Of a DNA stretch of 64,000 bases, positions 10,796 through 22,126 are shown piece by piece. Origin of the DNA: an uncultured Verrucomicrobiae bacterium (GTDB lineage: Bacteria; Verrucomicrobiota; Verrucomicrobiia; Chthoniobacterales; Terrimicrobiaceae). Position 1 is the stretch's first letter, and the number at the start of each line of letters is the position of its first letter. Position numbers and translations under genes: made by a program. The notes below the pieces were generated by a model that saw only the letters and a list, made by a program, of their open reading frames with translations, was not told the origin of the DNA and made no database searches. Where the stretch lies: positions 1 through 64,000 of the forward strand of contig CAVPOC010000014.1 of assembly GCA_963706955.1 (NCBI GenBank), given 5' to 3'.

Positions 10796-11472
10796 GTTCC
10801 AAGAAGCCAGGTGAGGTTGCCTTCCGTCGGGCGGACCGCCGCACACGGATAGTTCGACTTTCCACTAAAAACCTCGGCAAGAATGGCGTCCTTGCCTTTG
10901 CTGTTGACGAGAAAGCAGACATGCCGCGCGGCGTTGATAATCGGATAGGTGAGCGTGACGCGGTAGGTGTTGAACTTAGGGACGAAGTTCGCCACCACCC
11001 ATTTGCTGTTCTCCTTGAGGGCGTCTGTTCCGGGGAAGAGGGAAGCGGTGTGACCATCCTCGCCCATTCCCAAGAGGAGAAGGTCATGCCGGTAAAAGCT
11101 GTGACCAGCGGCGTGCTTTCGCAGCTCCTCTTCATATTCCTGGGCAGCAACCGAAGGATCTTTCTCGCCCCGAATCCGAAGAATGTTTTCCGCGGGAATT
11201 GGGGCAGGATCGAAGAGCGCTTCCTTGGCCATCCGGTAGTTGCTCTGATCGCTGTCGGGCGGAACACAGCGTTCATCGCCGAAACTGAAAATCCACTCGT
11301 GCCAGGCATCCCGGTGGCCGGCGAGATCGCGAAACACCGGCCGTGGGGTGTTCCCCCCACTCAAGCCAAGATGAAATTCTCCGCGTTCGAAAATAGCAAT
11401 GTCGGCTTCTCGTTCAATGAGCGCAACGGCGTCCGCGACGAAGTTTGATGAGTGAATGATCTCCGGGGTCAT
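10792..11472 (-). CDS. pgl: 6-phosphogluconolactonase
   Basis: LSGGNTP, GDERCVPP..SNY, LLGMGEDGHTASLFP, RVTLT. Confidence 0.93.
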   Translation of the reverse strand: MTPEIIHSSNFVADAVALIEREADIAIFERGEFHLGLSGGNTPRPVFRDLAGHRDAWHEWIFSFGDERCVPPDSDQSNYRMAKEALFDPAPIPAENILRIRGEKDPSVAAQEYEEELRKHAAGHSFYRHDLLLLGMGEDGHTASLFPGTDALKENSKWVVANFVPKFNTYRVTLTYPIINAARHVCFLVNSKGKDAILAEVFSGKSNYPCAAVRPTEGNLTWLLGT

Positions 11473-11478
11473 AAATTC

Positions 11479-11949
11479 TTACATCAGCCTGGCCGGGACC
11501 AGAAAATGCAACTGGCCTTGGCCGACCTGAAAATCCAGCAATTCGATGCCGGTCAGCGCCGCCTTGCGAACCTTGATCGCCCCGGAATCCTTGACTCCCA
11601 ACATTGCGGCGATCGTCTCACTAAAGTCCGGTTCGTGGCCAACCAGCAGGACCGATGCTGATCCCTGGAGCGCCTTCAATTCCATCAAACAGGTCTCGGG
11701 AGTCATCCCGCACGCCAGCCAGTCGACCTCAGTGACCTCGCCGTTGCCCAGTGCGTCGGCGACAATCTTCGCGGTCTGCCGGGCCCGCACAAGGGGACTC
11801 GTCAGAATAATCTCCGGCAACAATCCGCACCGGACGACGAACTTTCCCACCTTCTCGGCTTGCTCCCGGCCCTTGGCGGTCAACTTGCGGTCATGATCGC
11901 TGTTAGCGCGAGGCTCAGCGTCGGCGTGGCGGAGAAAGTAGGCAACCAT
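11479..11949 (-). CDS. sixA: Phosphohistidine phosphatase SixA
   Basis: LRHADA, DHDRKLT, TSPLVRARQTA, LVGHEP. Confidence 0.9.
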   Translation of the reverse strand: MVAYFLRHADAEPRANSDHDRKLTAKGREQAEKVGKFVVRCGLLPEIILTSPLVRARQTAKIVADALGNGEVTEVDWLACGMTPETCLMELKALQGSASVLLVGHEPDFSETIAAMLGVKDSGAIKVRKAALTGIELLDFQVGQGQLHFLVPARLM

Positions 11950-12141
11950 GAGGTCCGAGGCGGGAGCCCTATTGTGCGTGTTGGTTCGAAAGAGTCAAAC
12001 TTCATCGAAATGCTCCCGTTGATGGTTTTCGCCACACCACGGCGGGATTTGCTCCCAAAGCACAATTTGCCGCCAAGGCAGAGCAATTTACCGCTAACAA
12101 ATAGCTGGCGCAGACTCTCGTTTTTTCGTCAATAATTGGCT

Positions 12142-15025
12142 ATGACTGATACACTGCGCACCTTTGATGCCGGCAAAGGGAAAACCGGCTTGTACTACTC
12201 GTTGCCAGCCCTGGAAGAAAAAGGGCTCGGCAAGATCTCGCGACTGCCCGTCAGTATCCGAATCGTCCTGGAATCGGTTCTGCGCAATTGCGACGGAAAG
12301 AAAGTCACCGACAGGGACGTCGCCATGCTGGCGGCTTGGAATGCGAAATCCCCTGCGCCGGAGGAGATTCCCTTCGTCGTCGCCCGAATTGTGCTCCAGG
12401 ATTTTACCGGCGTGCCGCTGTTAGTGGACCTAGCCGCGATGCGGACGGCGGTCGCCAATTTGAAGAAAAATCCCAAAATTATCGAACCCTTGGTTCCCGT
12501 GGATCTCGTGGTGGACCACTCGGTGCAGGTGGACTTCTTTGGGTCGGCAGATGCTTTGCGACTGAACCTCGAGATGGAGTTCAAGCGCAATCGCGAGAGA
12601 TACAGGTTCCTGAAATGGGGTCAGCAGGCTTTTGAGACCTTCGGAGTCGTCCCGCCTGGGATCGGCATCGTCCATCAGGTGAATCTCGAGTTCCTGGCCA
12701 AGGGCGTCCTCAGTCGAATCGCCGAAGGGCACCATCTATTTTCCCGATACGTTGGTCGGCACCGATTCGCACACCACCATGATCAATGGTCTCGGCGTCG
12801 TCGGATGGGGTGTGGGCGGAATCGAAGCCGAAGCCGGAATGCTCGGCCAACCGGTCTACTTTCTTACGCCTGAGGTTGTCGGCGTCCACCTCACTGGCAC
12901 CCTGAAGGAAGGTGTCACTGCGACCGATCTGGTTCTCCGGGTCACGGAAATGCTCCGCAAGCAGAAAGTTGTCGGGAAATTCGTTGAATTCTTTGGTGAA
13001 GGGGCCGCGGCGCTCTCAGTTACCGATCGAGCCACCATCGGGAACATGGCCCCCGAATATGGCGCCACCATGGGTTTCTTCGGCGTAGACGAGGAAACTG
13101 TCGCTTACTTGCGCGGCACCGGGCGGAGCGAGGCGCTCTGCGCGGCTTTCGAAAACTACTACAAGGCGCAGAGACTCTGGGGAATCCCGCGTAAGGGTGA
13201 GGTCGATTACACTGTGGAACTCGAGCTGGATCTCGGTTCGATCGTGCCCGGTGTGGCCGGTCCGAAGCGACCCCAGGACCGAATCAATCTTCCGGAGCTC
13301 AAACAGACCTTTGAGGCACTTTTCGAGAAACCGCTCTCCGACGGCGGCTATGGCAAGAAGTTTGCCGATCTATCGTTGAGGGTCCCCGTGCGCCTCAACG
13401 GTTCTCGCCCCGCTGTCGAAGCTCAGATGCCCTCCACGGATGCGAGTTCCAACCACGCTGAAGAGGGGTTGCCTCGCAACGAGTCGGAGCTCATTACTAA
13501 TCGTCCAACGCCAGACAGAACGACGTCTCAAACGTCTCCCTACCAGCAAGCGGAAACGGAGATTGGCCACGGAAGCGTTCTTATTGCAGCCATCACAAGC
13601 TGCACGAATACGAGCAACCCGAGCGTCATGCTCGGCGCGGCGCTGCTTGCTAAGAAGGCTGTTGAACGGGGATTGAAGGTGAACCCAGCCGTCAAGACAT
13701 CCCTGGGCCCGGGCTCACGTGTCGTGACTGACTACCTGGAGAAGACCGGTCTTCAGCCCTACTTCGACAAGCTCGGGTTTCAAACCGTCGGGTACGGGTG
13801 TACAACCTGCATCGGAAACTCAGGCCCGTTGCACCCAGCACTTGAGGAGGCGATTGCTAAGAATGATCTGGTTGCGGCCAGTGTCCTGTCCGGCAATCGT
13901 AACTTTGAGGCCCGTGTGCACCAAAATATTCGTGCCAATTTCCTGATGTCCCCACCGCTCGTCGTCGCTTTCGCGCTGGCTGGCACCGTCGATATCGACC
14001 TGATCTCCCAGCCTCTTGGAAAGGACAAAGATGGCCGGGACGTTTACTTGAAGGAGATATGGCCGACGCTGGAGGAGATTCGCTCAGCCATGGCGTCCGC
14101 CCTCAAGCCGGAGGTCTACCGCAAACTCTATTCCGATTTTGCCGAGCAAAATCCAAAATGGAACGAGATACCTTCGTCGACCGGAGAAGTTTATCAATGG
14201 GATCCCAAGAGCACCTACATCCAAGAGCCGCCATTCTTCGTTGGATTTGGGATGGAGCCAGGTCATATCAGCGAAATCAAGGGGGCTCGCGCGCTTGGCA
14301 TCTTCGGCGATTCCGTCACGACCGATCACATCAGCCCGGCAGGCGCCATCAAGAAGACCAGTCCAGCGGGCAAATTTCTTCTCGAACATGGCGTGCCCGT
14401 GGAGGATTTCAATAGCTACGGCTCACGCCGCGGAAACGATCGGATCATGACACGCGGCACGTTCGCCAATGTGCGGATCAAGAACCTGATGGTTCCAGGC
14501 GTAGAAGGTGGCTATACTCTCTACCTCGGCCAACGCGAGGTGGCTGCTCCTGACAAGGAAATCTCCGCCACAAAGGCGGGAAAGCCGACGTTCATTTACG
14601 ATGCCTGCATGGCCTACAAAGAAGATGGAGTTCCGCTCATCATCTTCGCCGGACAGGAGTACGGCACCGGTTCCAGCCGCGATTGGGCTGCCAAGGGAAC
14701 GAAACTCCTCGGAGTGAAAGCGGTCGTGGCCCAGAGTTTCGAGCGTATCCATCGCTCCAACCTTGTAGGAATGGGTGTTCTTCCCCTCCAATTCCCCGAT
14801 GGCGTGACCGCTCAAAGCCTCGGTCTCGACGGAACAGAAATCTCCGATGTTCTCGGCCTTTCGAATGAAATCTCTCCCCGGCAGGACGTCACACTGCGGA
14901 TTACGCGCAGGGATGGTTCGGTAATCGAACAACCTGTCAAGCTGCGCATCGACACGCCGATCGAAGTTGACTACTACCGCCACGGAGGCATCCTGCCATT
15001 CGTCCTTAGACAACTCCTAAGCTAA
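12142..15025 (+). CDS. acnA: Aconitate hydratase A, one frameshift near 12730
   Basis: [70 protein letters not shown]. Confidence 0.95.
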
Positions 15026-15129
15026 GGCATAAAATTATTGCAGGGGGTTACACTGCCCTGACACTCGGCGCCTCGGCTTTGTGCCTTGTAGCGGCCGCCT
15101 CAACACGGCCCGCTGCGGAGACGGCCGAA

Positions 15130-15447
15130 TCACTTGCTGTAGATATTTCTTCCGCCCGACAGTGCCATCTTAACCAGCAAAGGCCGCGGAATCCTCGTAA
15201 TGGCGGAGAGGGGAAAAACAAAGATGTCGATGCCGCTCCAATCAGCCCGCTTGCGAATCAAATCCTCAATATCTGCGGAAATGAGGTGGGGTTCGGACCC
15301 TTCGGTGACAATCACGATCAGGTTGACCGATTTGTCCAAGTGACATTCTTTCGCCCTGGCAGGCTCGAGAAGCCAGATATCCTCGATTGGGAAACCGGCA
15401 ACCAAGGCGGCAACGCACTCGTCTACGTTAGCCTGGGTCACACTCAT
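15130..15447 (-). CDS. Small hypothetical protein, degenerate minimal-nucleotidyltransferase-like fold
   Basis: Pattern IWLL...VNLIVIV...IDIFVFP...G+xIY resembles MNT domains but lacks the GS..DxD residues. Confidence 0.45.
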   Translation of the reverse strand: MSVTQANVDECVAALVAGFPIEDIWLLEPARAKECHLDKSVNLIVIVTEGSEPHLISADIEDLIRKRADWSGIDIFVFPLSAITRIPRPLLVKMALSGGRNIYSK

Positions 15448-15540
15448 GGGCTGCGCCGCAGAGCCTACCAAGACAGCGCCCCAAGGTCAACGAGGTGTCG
15501 CCAAGACCACACCCGCGGAGTGAGTCTCTTCGAACAATCC

Positions 15541-15812
15541 TCACTTCCTGCTAGGATCGTCGTTCGAGGAGAAGAACGCGTCGATCGCTTGGATCGCCTC
15601 ACGTTCGTCGGGCCCGGAGGCCTCGATCTCGAGCGTCGCGCCAAGCCCCGCGCAAAGAATGAGTATGCTGATAATGCTTCTGGCGTCCGCAACCTTTCCC
15701 TCCAATCGGCAAAGAATGCTCGATCGGAACCGTGCGGCCAGTTGGCAATGCTACCCGCCCTGCGAAGATGAATGCCATCTTCCCATTGAACAGTTACGAC
15801 TGTGGTCTTCAT
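15541..15812 (-). CDS. HPr-family phosphocarrier protein, frameshifted
   Basis: EDGIHLR (His15 site); second frame gives VADARSIISILILCAGLGATLEIEASGPDEREAIQAI. Confidence 0.85.
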
Positions 15813-16038
15813 TGATTTGCCCCCTTGTACGCCATGATTCCCACGCGTGCCTGGAAAAACTTCCGTGCGCGCAAAAGAGCTTGACGCCGAGGTGTTCAGC
15901 CAAATCGGCTGCAGTTTTGTCGCCTCACCTCTGCATGTGCGTTAGGAGTGCGCTCGCAGGCTCGATTCTGCTCGACTATCGCCGCCTCCGCCCTGATGGG
16001 TTTACCCCCTGTTCGACAACTTCGCTCTTCGAAGTTTG

Positions 16039-16488
16039 TCAAGGCTTGCCGCCGTAGCTGACGTAGTCGTCAAGATCGAGAAGGTCGGCCCATGTTTGGA
16101 TGTCTTCCCGCTTTGACCCAAGTTTCGCGATCTCTTCATTGAAGAATTCCCTCGACTCCACGTCTCCGGGGGCCCGCTGCTCCATGTAGGTCGACCATTG
16201 GGCAATCTGCCATTCGCTGGGCTTCGTCGCGGAGTTCGCATTAACCCACTCCAGGATCTCGCTATCGCCCTTCCCGAGCGCGAGTTGTTCCCGAAGCTGC
16301 TCTGGATCAATGCCAGCAAAGCTAAGGAAGCGTTGATCGAGCGGGCACGCATACTTATAGGGTCCATGGGTGCCGGCCAGAGTGGCGCGACCTTTGTCGA
16401 GCATTCGCGGAAGGAGAACATAGCCCCCGAGCCGCACCCGCGGACTGCGCGGTGCGCGCTGTGTCAGATCAGGTACATTGCTAGGCAT
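16039..16488 (-). CDS. DUF5069 domain protein
   Basis: PDLTQRAPRSPRVRLGGYVLLPRMLDKGRA..YKYACPLD..DLLDLDD. Confidence 0.8.
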   Translation of the reverse strand: MPSNVPDLTQRAPRSPRVRLGGYVLLPRMLDKGRATLAGTHGPYKYACPLDQRFLSFAGIDPEQLREQLALGKGDSEILEWVNANSATKPSEWQIAQWSTYMEQRAPGDVESREFFNEEIAKLGSKREDIQTWADLLDLDDYVSYGGKP

Positions 16489-16731
16489 AGTGAGAAGTTT
16501 TTTATGGAGTTGTCGGAGCCAAGCTACCGAGAGCGATCGTCACGAGTGCAAAGGTCTATAGCCGCACGATCACTCCATCGGTTCGATGGACTTCGAACTG
16601 TATGAATGCCGATTGCTCCGTCAATCCTCTTCGATGCTCACGATCCCGGGTATGGTTTCACCGGACTGCAACGCGCCACAGGCATGGCCGCCCTGCGTCC
16701 CGACAAACTGAACCTCCGCTCCGAGGAATTC

Positions 16732-18906
16732 TCAAGCTGGTGGCGAGTCTTGACTGACGCGATCCGGAAGCAAGTCGATGATCATTGCCGTCAGTTCCGT
16801 CGAACCACGGCCAAGCTGAGTAAAGACCCATGCACCGCTGTCGCTCTCGGCGCTTGATCGGTCAAAGTCGAGCGATTCGAGCTGGTTTAAAGCCGATTCG
16901 AGCGCCTTCTCGTCCAAATCGTCCCAACTGACCGCGAGGACGTCTAAGGCATGGCACGCAGCATTCTCCCAACCGGAGAGCTCGGGATCGGAGACGGGCG
17001 CGGGGCGGTTGGTCAGATGGAGAAGCAGCAAGTTCAGCACACGGGTCAGCCGCAAGTTTCCATTGGCCATGGCCGCCGCATCCTGAAGAATGTCAGCGCG
17101 GTTTTTCGGCTCGCCATACATTCGTCGGAGGGAAGCAAAGACTTCGCTGTTGGCGGTTTCGAGTCGCCGCTTTGCCGGAATCAGCTCCGGTCCCCGGCCG
17201 GTCCCTTCCCGCAACCTGCGACAAAGCAGCTTGATGTAACCACAGCTGGCCAGCAGAGCTTCGCTCATGAGCGGCTGGAAGCGATCCTTTTCCCACGACG
17301 GCCAGAAGAAATGGGCCGCTAGCAAAGCCAGGCCGCCTCCAGCAAGCGTGCAAGCCAGACGCTCAATAGTCAACCTCCAGTCGACGGGACCGCCGATTTC
17401 GGTGAGGAGCACAACCATCAATGTCAAGAACACGACGGCCACGTCGTAGCGGCGCTTCAGAAACAGGGCGAAAAGGAACGAGTTGACTGCAGCCGCACCG
17501 AGAAGCACAGCATGCGGCAACTTGAGGAACAAGAGGGTGCTCGCGAGCACACTTCCGAGAAGCGTGCCGAAAACGCGCTCGGCGGCACGCTGTCTCGTCG
17601 ATCCGTAATCCGGCTGCATGACGACAACAAGGGTCAACCCAAGCCAATAGCCGTGCGGGATCCCCAGCCACGCGTGCAGCAGGACGCTCGGGACAAGCAG
17701 GGATGCCAAGCGCAGAATGTAGCGCATCAACGAACGGTCCACCCGTGGACTCAGGTTGAGGGCAGCCCGCAACGTTCCGAGTCTCCAGGTATGCAAGTCA
17801 AGCAACTCGAGCGAAAAAGCCCCGCGCTCACTGGCTCGATCGATGGTCTCGCGAACCGCTGCCTTCAGCTCGGGGACGAGCCGCTCGATCTGCCCGAGGA
17901 TATCCACCAAGCTCATCCCGTGGGGAAGGCTTTTCCTGCGAGCACTGACCCTAGCGCTGGCTGCCCTGACGAGGTTTGTTACTCGTCGGAGCCGCACCTC
18001 GAGCGACGCCAGATGGGAGGGCTGCCGAGAAACGACAGTCAACGCCACCGAGCGCGCGACATTCTCGAGCGACTGGAAGACGGGTTGAAACGCTTCGGCC
18101 GTATCCGCTAAACCACTTTCAAGCTCTCGGGTCCCCAATGCGGTATCCAGCGCCAAGACCTGGGTTGCAAATCGCGCAGACAAGAGGTGAAGCTTTTCCA
18201 GCCGTGCGACCAGAGGGCGCGTGCGTTTCGACGTCGCGGCATTCAGAGTAACTAGCATTCGGTCGAGCGTTCCCCGAAGTTGCGTCTGCTGGGTCGCGAC
18301 CGCCTCACTCTTCTCTGATTTTGGCTGATCACTGTTGAAAATGCTGACGAGATTCGCTGCTTCCTGCCAACACTCTGCAGTCGCGCTGCGCAGCGGATGC
18401 TGAGGCCGAAACGGCCAGAGAGCCATTTGCAAGACAATCCCCAACGCGCTACCGGCCCACGTCGAAACCGCGTGCGAGACGACGTCCGCCTGACCAGGAA
18501 GAGCCGCCGAAGCCATCAAGAAAATGAAAACCGTCGGCACTGCCAGTGGCGCTCCATAGTCGGAGCTCAGGTGCCTCAAAAGCCCGGCGATCACCGCCAT
18601 CACGCCCGCAAACAGCAACGCCATCCAGAGGTGTTCGGAACTCATAGAGCCAAGCGCCGCGGCGATGCCAAGCAGCATCCCGCCCGAGGAGAGAATCGCC
18701 AGTCTCAACGAGTACGAGCCGCGAACGTCTGCCATGGCCATGTTCTGCGCGGCGATCGCCGCAAAGATCAGGTACAAGGGAATCGCGCCTGTTTCCGCCA
18801 GGACCAATGGCAGCATCAGGCCTGCACTCGCCCTGGTGGCGCGGGCCAAATCCGGATGCCATTTCGTTGCGAGCGCAAGAATGGCTGACTGGCGGCTGAC
18901 AAGCAT
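16732..18906 (-). CDS. FUSC family (YccS/YhfK-like) membrane protein
   Basis: Two hydrophobic blocks; HGYWLGLTLVVVMQPDYGSTRQRAAERVFGT. Confidence 0.85.
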   Translation of the reverse strand: MLVSRQSAILALATKWHPDLARATRASAGLMLPLVLAETGAIPLYLIFAAIAAQNMAMADVRGSYSLRLAILSSGGMLLGIAAALGSMSSEHLWMALLFAGVMAVIAGLLRHLSSDYGAPLAVPTVFIFLMASAALPGQADVVSHAVSTWAGSALGIVLQMALWPFRPQHPLRSATAECWQEAANLVSIFNSDQPKSEKSEAVATQQTQLRGTLDRMLVTLNAATSKRTRPLVARLEKLHLLSARFATQVLALDTALGTRELESGLADTAEAFQPVFQSLENVARSVALTVVSRQPSHLASLEVRLRRVTNLVRAASARVSARRKSLPHGMSLVDILGQIERLVPELKAAVRETIDRASERGAFSLELLDLHTWRLGTLRAALNLSPRVDRSLMRYILRLASLLVPSVLLHAWLGIPHGYWLGLTLVVVMQPDYGSTRQRAAERVFGTLLGSVLASTLLFLKLPHAVLLGAAAVNSFLFALFLKRRYDVAVVFLTLMVVLLTEIGGPVDWRLTIERLACTLAGGGLALLAAHFFWPSWEKDRFQPLMSEALLASCGYIKLLCRRLREGTGRGPELIPAKRRLETANSEVFASLRRMYGEPKNRADILQDAAAMANGNLRLTRVLNLLLLHLTNRPAPVSDPELSGWENAACHALDVLAVSWDDLDEKALESALNQLESLDFDRSSAESDSGAWVFTQLGRGSTELTAMIIDLLPDRVSQDSPPA

Positions 18907-18961
18907 ATGCCCGTCCGCTAACCTTGGAGCGGCAAAGAATCAATCGCAGTCAATGCGAACG

Positions 18962-19936
18962 CTACATGATTCGATCCCGTAACGGCATGTCCGCCAGAAA
19001 GCGCCCGAAGTTTTCCAAAAAATGCCTCACGAGCGTTGCGGATTCGTTTCGGTGACCGCCCGCCGTGTGCGGGGTGATGTGGCAATTGGGAATCTTCCAG
19101 AGAGGGTGGTCGTCCGGCAGAGGTTCGGGATCGGTGACATCGAGCCATGCGGCGCCAAGATGCCCCGATTGCAGAGAGTCGGCGAGCGCCTGCTGATCCA
19201 CCGTGGTGCCGCGGCCGATGTTGTAGAAAACCACTCCAGTCTTCATCCATCCGAGGCGCTCAGCCGAGATGAACCCTACGGACTCGCCATTCTCGGGCAG
19301 AATGTTGATCACGTGATCAGCGACGGCGAGTGCCTCGCGGAGATTCTCCGGTCTGACAATAGCCACCTTTTCATCTCCCCGGGGCTTTCGTCGCATGGCA
19401 ACTACCTCCATCTCAAAGGGAGAAAGCAGTTGCAAAAGTCTCGCCCCGATCGCTCCGAAGCCCAAGATAACAGCCGATTGACCCTGCAAGGGCCCGCAAC
19501 TCTCTCTCAGTTTGGTCCACTCCGGGGATCCACTCTCGTAACGGAGGCCGAGGCTTTGCGGCAGCAGCCGTGACTGCGCCAGCATGAAGGCGAAGACGTG
19601 CTCCGCACAAGCCTCCGCAAAGACGCCTGAGCTGTTGGTGACAATGACTCCCCGCGCTTCGGCCCACGATCGAAAGTGCGCTGTATCGTAGCGCGTGTAG
19701 CCTGCACTCGTCAGCTGAAGCCAGCGCAGTCGTTCGGACTCCATGACGTTGGCAATGTCGGGTTGGCCAAACGCGATATCGGCTCTTTTCAGTGCCGAAT
19801 CAGGCTCCGTGCGCGTGAGAACCGATCCGGCTGCGCGTTTGGGAAAGACCAACTCGTGCGCCGCGACACCCTGCATGAGAAGTTGCAGCGCGGAGTTGCT
19901 CAGGGGAGCGTCACAGAAAATACAGAGTTCAGACAT
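18962..19936 (-). CDS. D-2-hydroxyacid dehydrogenase
   Basis: ILGFGAIG, YNIGRG, LDVTDPEPLP, ITPHTAG. Confidence 0.9.
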   Translation of the reverse strand: MSELCIFCDAPLSNSALQLLMQGVAAHELVFPKRAAGSVLTRTEPDSALKRADIAFGQPDIANVMESERLRWLQLTSAGYTRYDTAHFRSWAEARGVIVTNSSGVFAEACAEHVFAFMLAQSRLLPQSLGLRYESGSPEWTKLRESCGPLQGQSAVILGFGAIGARLLQLLSPFEMEVVAMRRKPRGDEKVAIVRPENLREALAVADHVINILPENGESVGFISAERLGWMKTGVVFYNIGRGTTVDQQALADSLQSGHLGAAWLDVTDPEPLPDDHPLWKIPNCHITPHTAGGHRNESATLVRHFLENFGRFLADMPLRDRIM

Positions 19937-19959
19937 TGCGAGCATCGCCGACCTTTTCT

Positions 19960-20283
19960 TTATGGAGATTTTTTTGCTGGGTTGGCAAGCTTGTCCCTAA
20001 TCAGCGGATACAAGTCGTAGGTGGGATAAAATTCCGTGCGAAAGGCTTTCCAAGCAGTCTTTTCCAACGCGACATTCACGTCCCGCAATTTCGAAGCCGG
20101 AACTTCCAGAGTGACAACCTGGCCGATACCCATCATCACGGTATCAGCTTACCACCGTGGTCCCTCCGGGAGGGAATGCTTTCCAGAAGCCTTGCTCCTC
20201 CTGCAGCTTCTGAATCTCTGTCAAATTTGCGATTGATCGTGCTTGAGAAAAACCGTGAGCAGAATGGCCTCCGCGAACTCCAA
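19960..20283 (-). pseudogene. Conserved hypothetical protein, disrupted (two frameshifts and a TGA)
   Basis: Joined frames read ILLTVFLKHDQS-NLTEIQKLQEEQGFWKAFPPGGTTVVS*Y-VMMGIGQVVTLEVPASKLRDVNVALEKTAWKAFRTEFYPTYDLYP. Confidence 0.6.
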
Positions 20284-20401
20284 GCGGACTTCTAAGGCGG
20301 AACCTGACTTTCAGCCGCATGCTCAACGCGACACCTGATCGCTGGCCAAAATCCGCCTCCAGCGAAGCGGCTGCGCCACTGCTCTTGAGGCTCGCAGGAC
20401 G

Positions 20402-22105
20402 CTAAGAATCGTTCCTTCCCGGCGGGGGAGCGCTTGGTGAATTGGCGGGACGCACGAGCCTCTCTCGCGCTGGGGATCGCGCGTGCAGCTTGAGGATCCG
20501 GCGCACCTCCTCGATGGCTTGGCGGTTTTGATGCGCGCTGTGGTTAGATGGCACGATAAGTTCGCTCTGCGCCTCCTCGAGATGCGAGCTCCAGTATGGG
20601 ACCACCCCGTCGCTTGAGTTCGGCGTGTCGCCGCGGCCACGATCGCCCATGATCGAATGATAGGGAATTCCCTTTGTTACTGGGATCGTGTTGATCGCCC
20701 TAACAAAGCGGTTTGAAGGTGCGAGTGTGTCGATGCTGTTCGGTATCCGCCTTAACGGGAGGTCACCGGCGGACATAGTCATGATCTTGATGGCGTCTCC
20801 GCCAGCCCTCAAGAGCGTGATTGGCAATCTCACCAGGCTGGCGCCCAACCGCCCGATGCGGTGAGCTGCCATGTCGCTTCCTCGAAGCGGAGCGGAAATG
20901 AAAATTACGCGGCCAACTTCCGGCCGATGACGGAAGACGAGGGCTTCTACGAATAGCTCCTTACTTTCCGGCTTGAGATTCACGTCTTGCACCGGCTTGC
21001 GGAAGAGCTGCATCCAGAGCTTTTCGTCGGCATCGGTAATCAATAGCCGACTGATGCAGCCTCCCATGCTATGCCCCATGACGACCATGCGCTTGCGCAA
21101 GGGGAACTTCTTCTCGATGGCATCGAGCTCTCGCCGCAGGATCATTGCCGAATAGGGATAGGGATAACCGCTCGGATAGCTAAAGAACCAGAACTGGTAA
21201 TTGCGGCGGATCTCTTCGTCGCCGCGCAATGTGTTGATCATTGGCGTCCACGTGGCTGGCGTATCCATAAGACCATGCACCACGAGCACGACAAACTTAT
21301 TGGGATCGTACGGCTGGAGTCGGGCGATGCGCGCGGTGTCGGCGTATTTCTCCGGGCGCAACAAACGTGTCAGTTCAAATTTCTTCGGATTGTTCTGCGC
21401 AAGCAGCACAGCGACTGGCACCGTAAAATCGGCGGCCAGCGGAAAAGTGTCTCCATTCAAGCGAACGGTTTCCACCGCCAGAGGATCCTCAAAGGAAAGG
21501 ACGCAACGTTTGCCCTCAAACCGGGCAATCGCGGTGACGCCGTAATATATGCGCGGAAGAGTAAACTCTGTCCGCGCGTCCTTGTATTCGTCACGCCCGA
21601 TGGCCACCAGCGGTGCCCCGACACCATTGCGGATTGTGCGCTCGCTTACATATTTGCCATGCACGTCAAACTGATCCGTGGGCGTAAATTCATACAGCGC
21701 TGGATTCCGCTGCGGACGCGGATCGCGGCGGTGAGTCAGAACAAAGCCGCCGTCCGGGCCGGGCACGGTCAGCGGCCGCGTCCATGGATCAAGCTGGGCG
21801 TTGCGAATCGTTGTGAAGACGCGCGCCAGGGCGAAGTTGTAATCGCGCGTCGCATCCGCGTCCTTCGGATTTCGGGCAAGTTCCCGGGTGGCCGCCTCCA
21901 GGGCGGTAAGGTAACCCTCCAGGGCAACCAACGGCCTTCGTCGTTCTCGAAGGGCCTTTAGGATCGTCGACTCCCTACTGGTAGGAGCGCTCGAACTCGA
22001 AACTGCACGAAATAAAGGTCGCTTTTCCTTGACGGTGGAGTACGAGCCGCAACCCGCAACAGTGATGCCAACAATGGCGACCAGGAAAAAACGGGCGGCT
22101 TTCAC
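20402..22105 (-). CDS. Alpha/beta hydrolase lipoprotein (lipase/esterase-like)
   Basis: Lipobox VAGC; VHGL, GHSMGG, DGVVPY, NHSAH. Confidence 0.85.
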   Translation of the reverse strand: MKAARFFLVAIVGITVAGCGSYSTVKEKRPLFRAVSSSSAPTSRESTILKALRERRRPLVALEGYLTALEAATRELARNPKDADATRDYNFALARVFTTIRNAQLDPWTRPLTVPGPDGGFVLTHRRDPRPQRNPALYEFTPTDQFDVHGKYVSERTIRNGVGAPLVAIGRDEYKDARTEFTLPRIYYGVTAIARFEGKRCVLSFEDPLAVETVRLNGDTFPLAADFTVPVAVLLAQNNPKKFELTRLLRPEKYADTARIARLQPYDPNKFVVLVVHGLMDTPATWTPMINTLRGDEEIRRNYQFWFFSYPSGYPYPYSAMILRRELDAIEKKFPLRKRMVVMGHSMGGCISRLLITDADEKLWMQLFRKPVQDVNLKPESKELFVEALVFRHRPEVGRVIFISAPLRGSDMAAHRIGRLGASLVRLPITLLRAGGDAIKIMTMSAGDLPLRRIPNSIDTLAPSNRFVRAINTIPVTKGIPYHSIMGDRGRGDTPNSSDGVVPYWSSHLEEAQSELIVPSNHSAHQNRQAIEEVRRILKLHARSPARERLVRPANSPSAPPPGRNDS

Positions 22106-22126
22106 ACGAGTAAAAAAAGGAACCCG

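Noticed and set aside
12720..12760. Programmed frameshift in acnA
   Set aside because: No clear slippery site with a stimulator; many similar indels in the window point to sequence error
13370..13560. Low-complexity insert in AcnA (and an acidic insert in ObgE near 9150-9230) as an intein or mobile insert
   Set aside because: Short, no intein motifs, and located in variable linker regions
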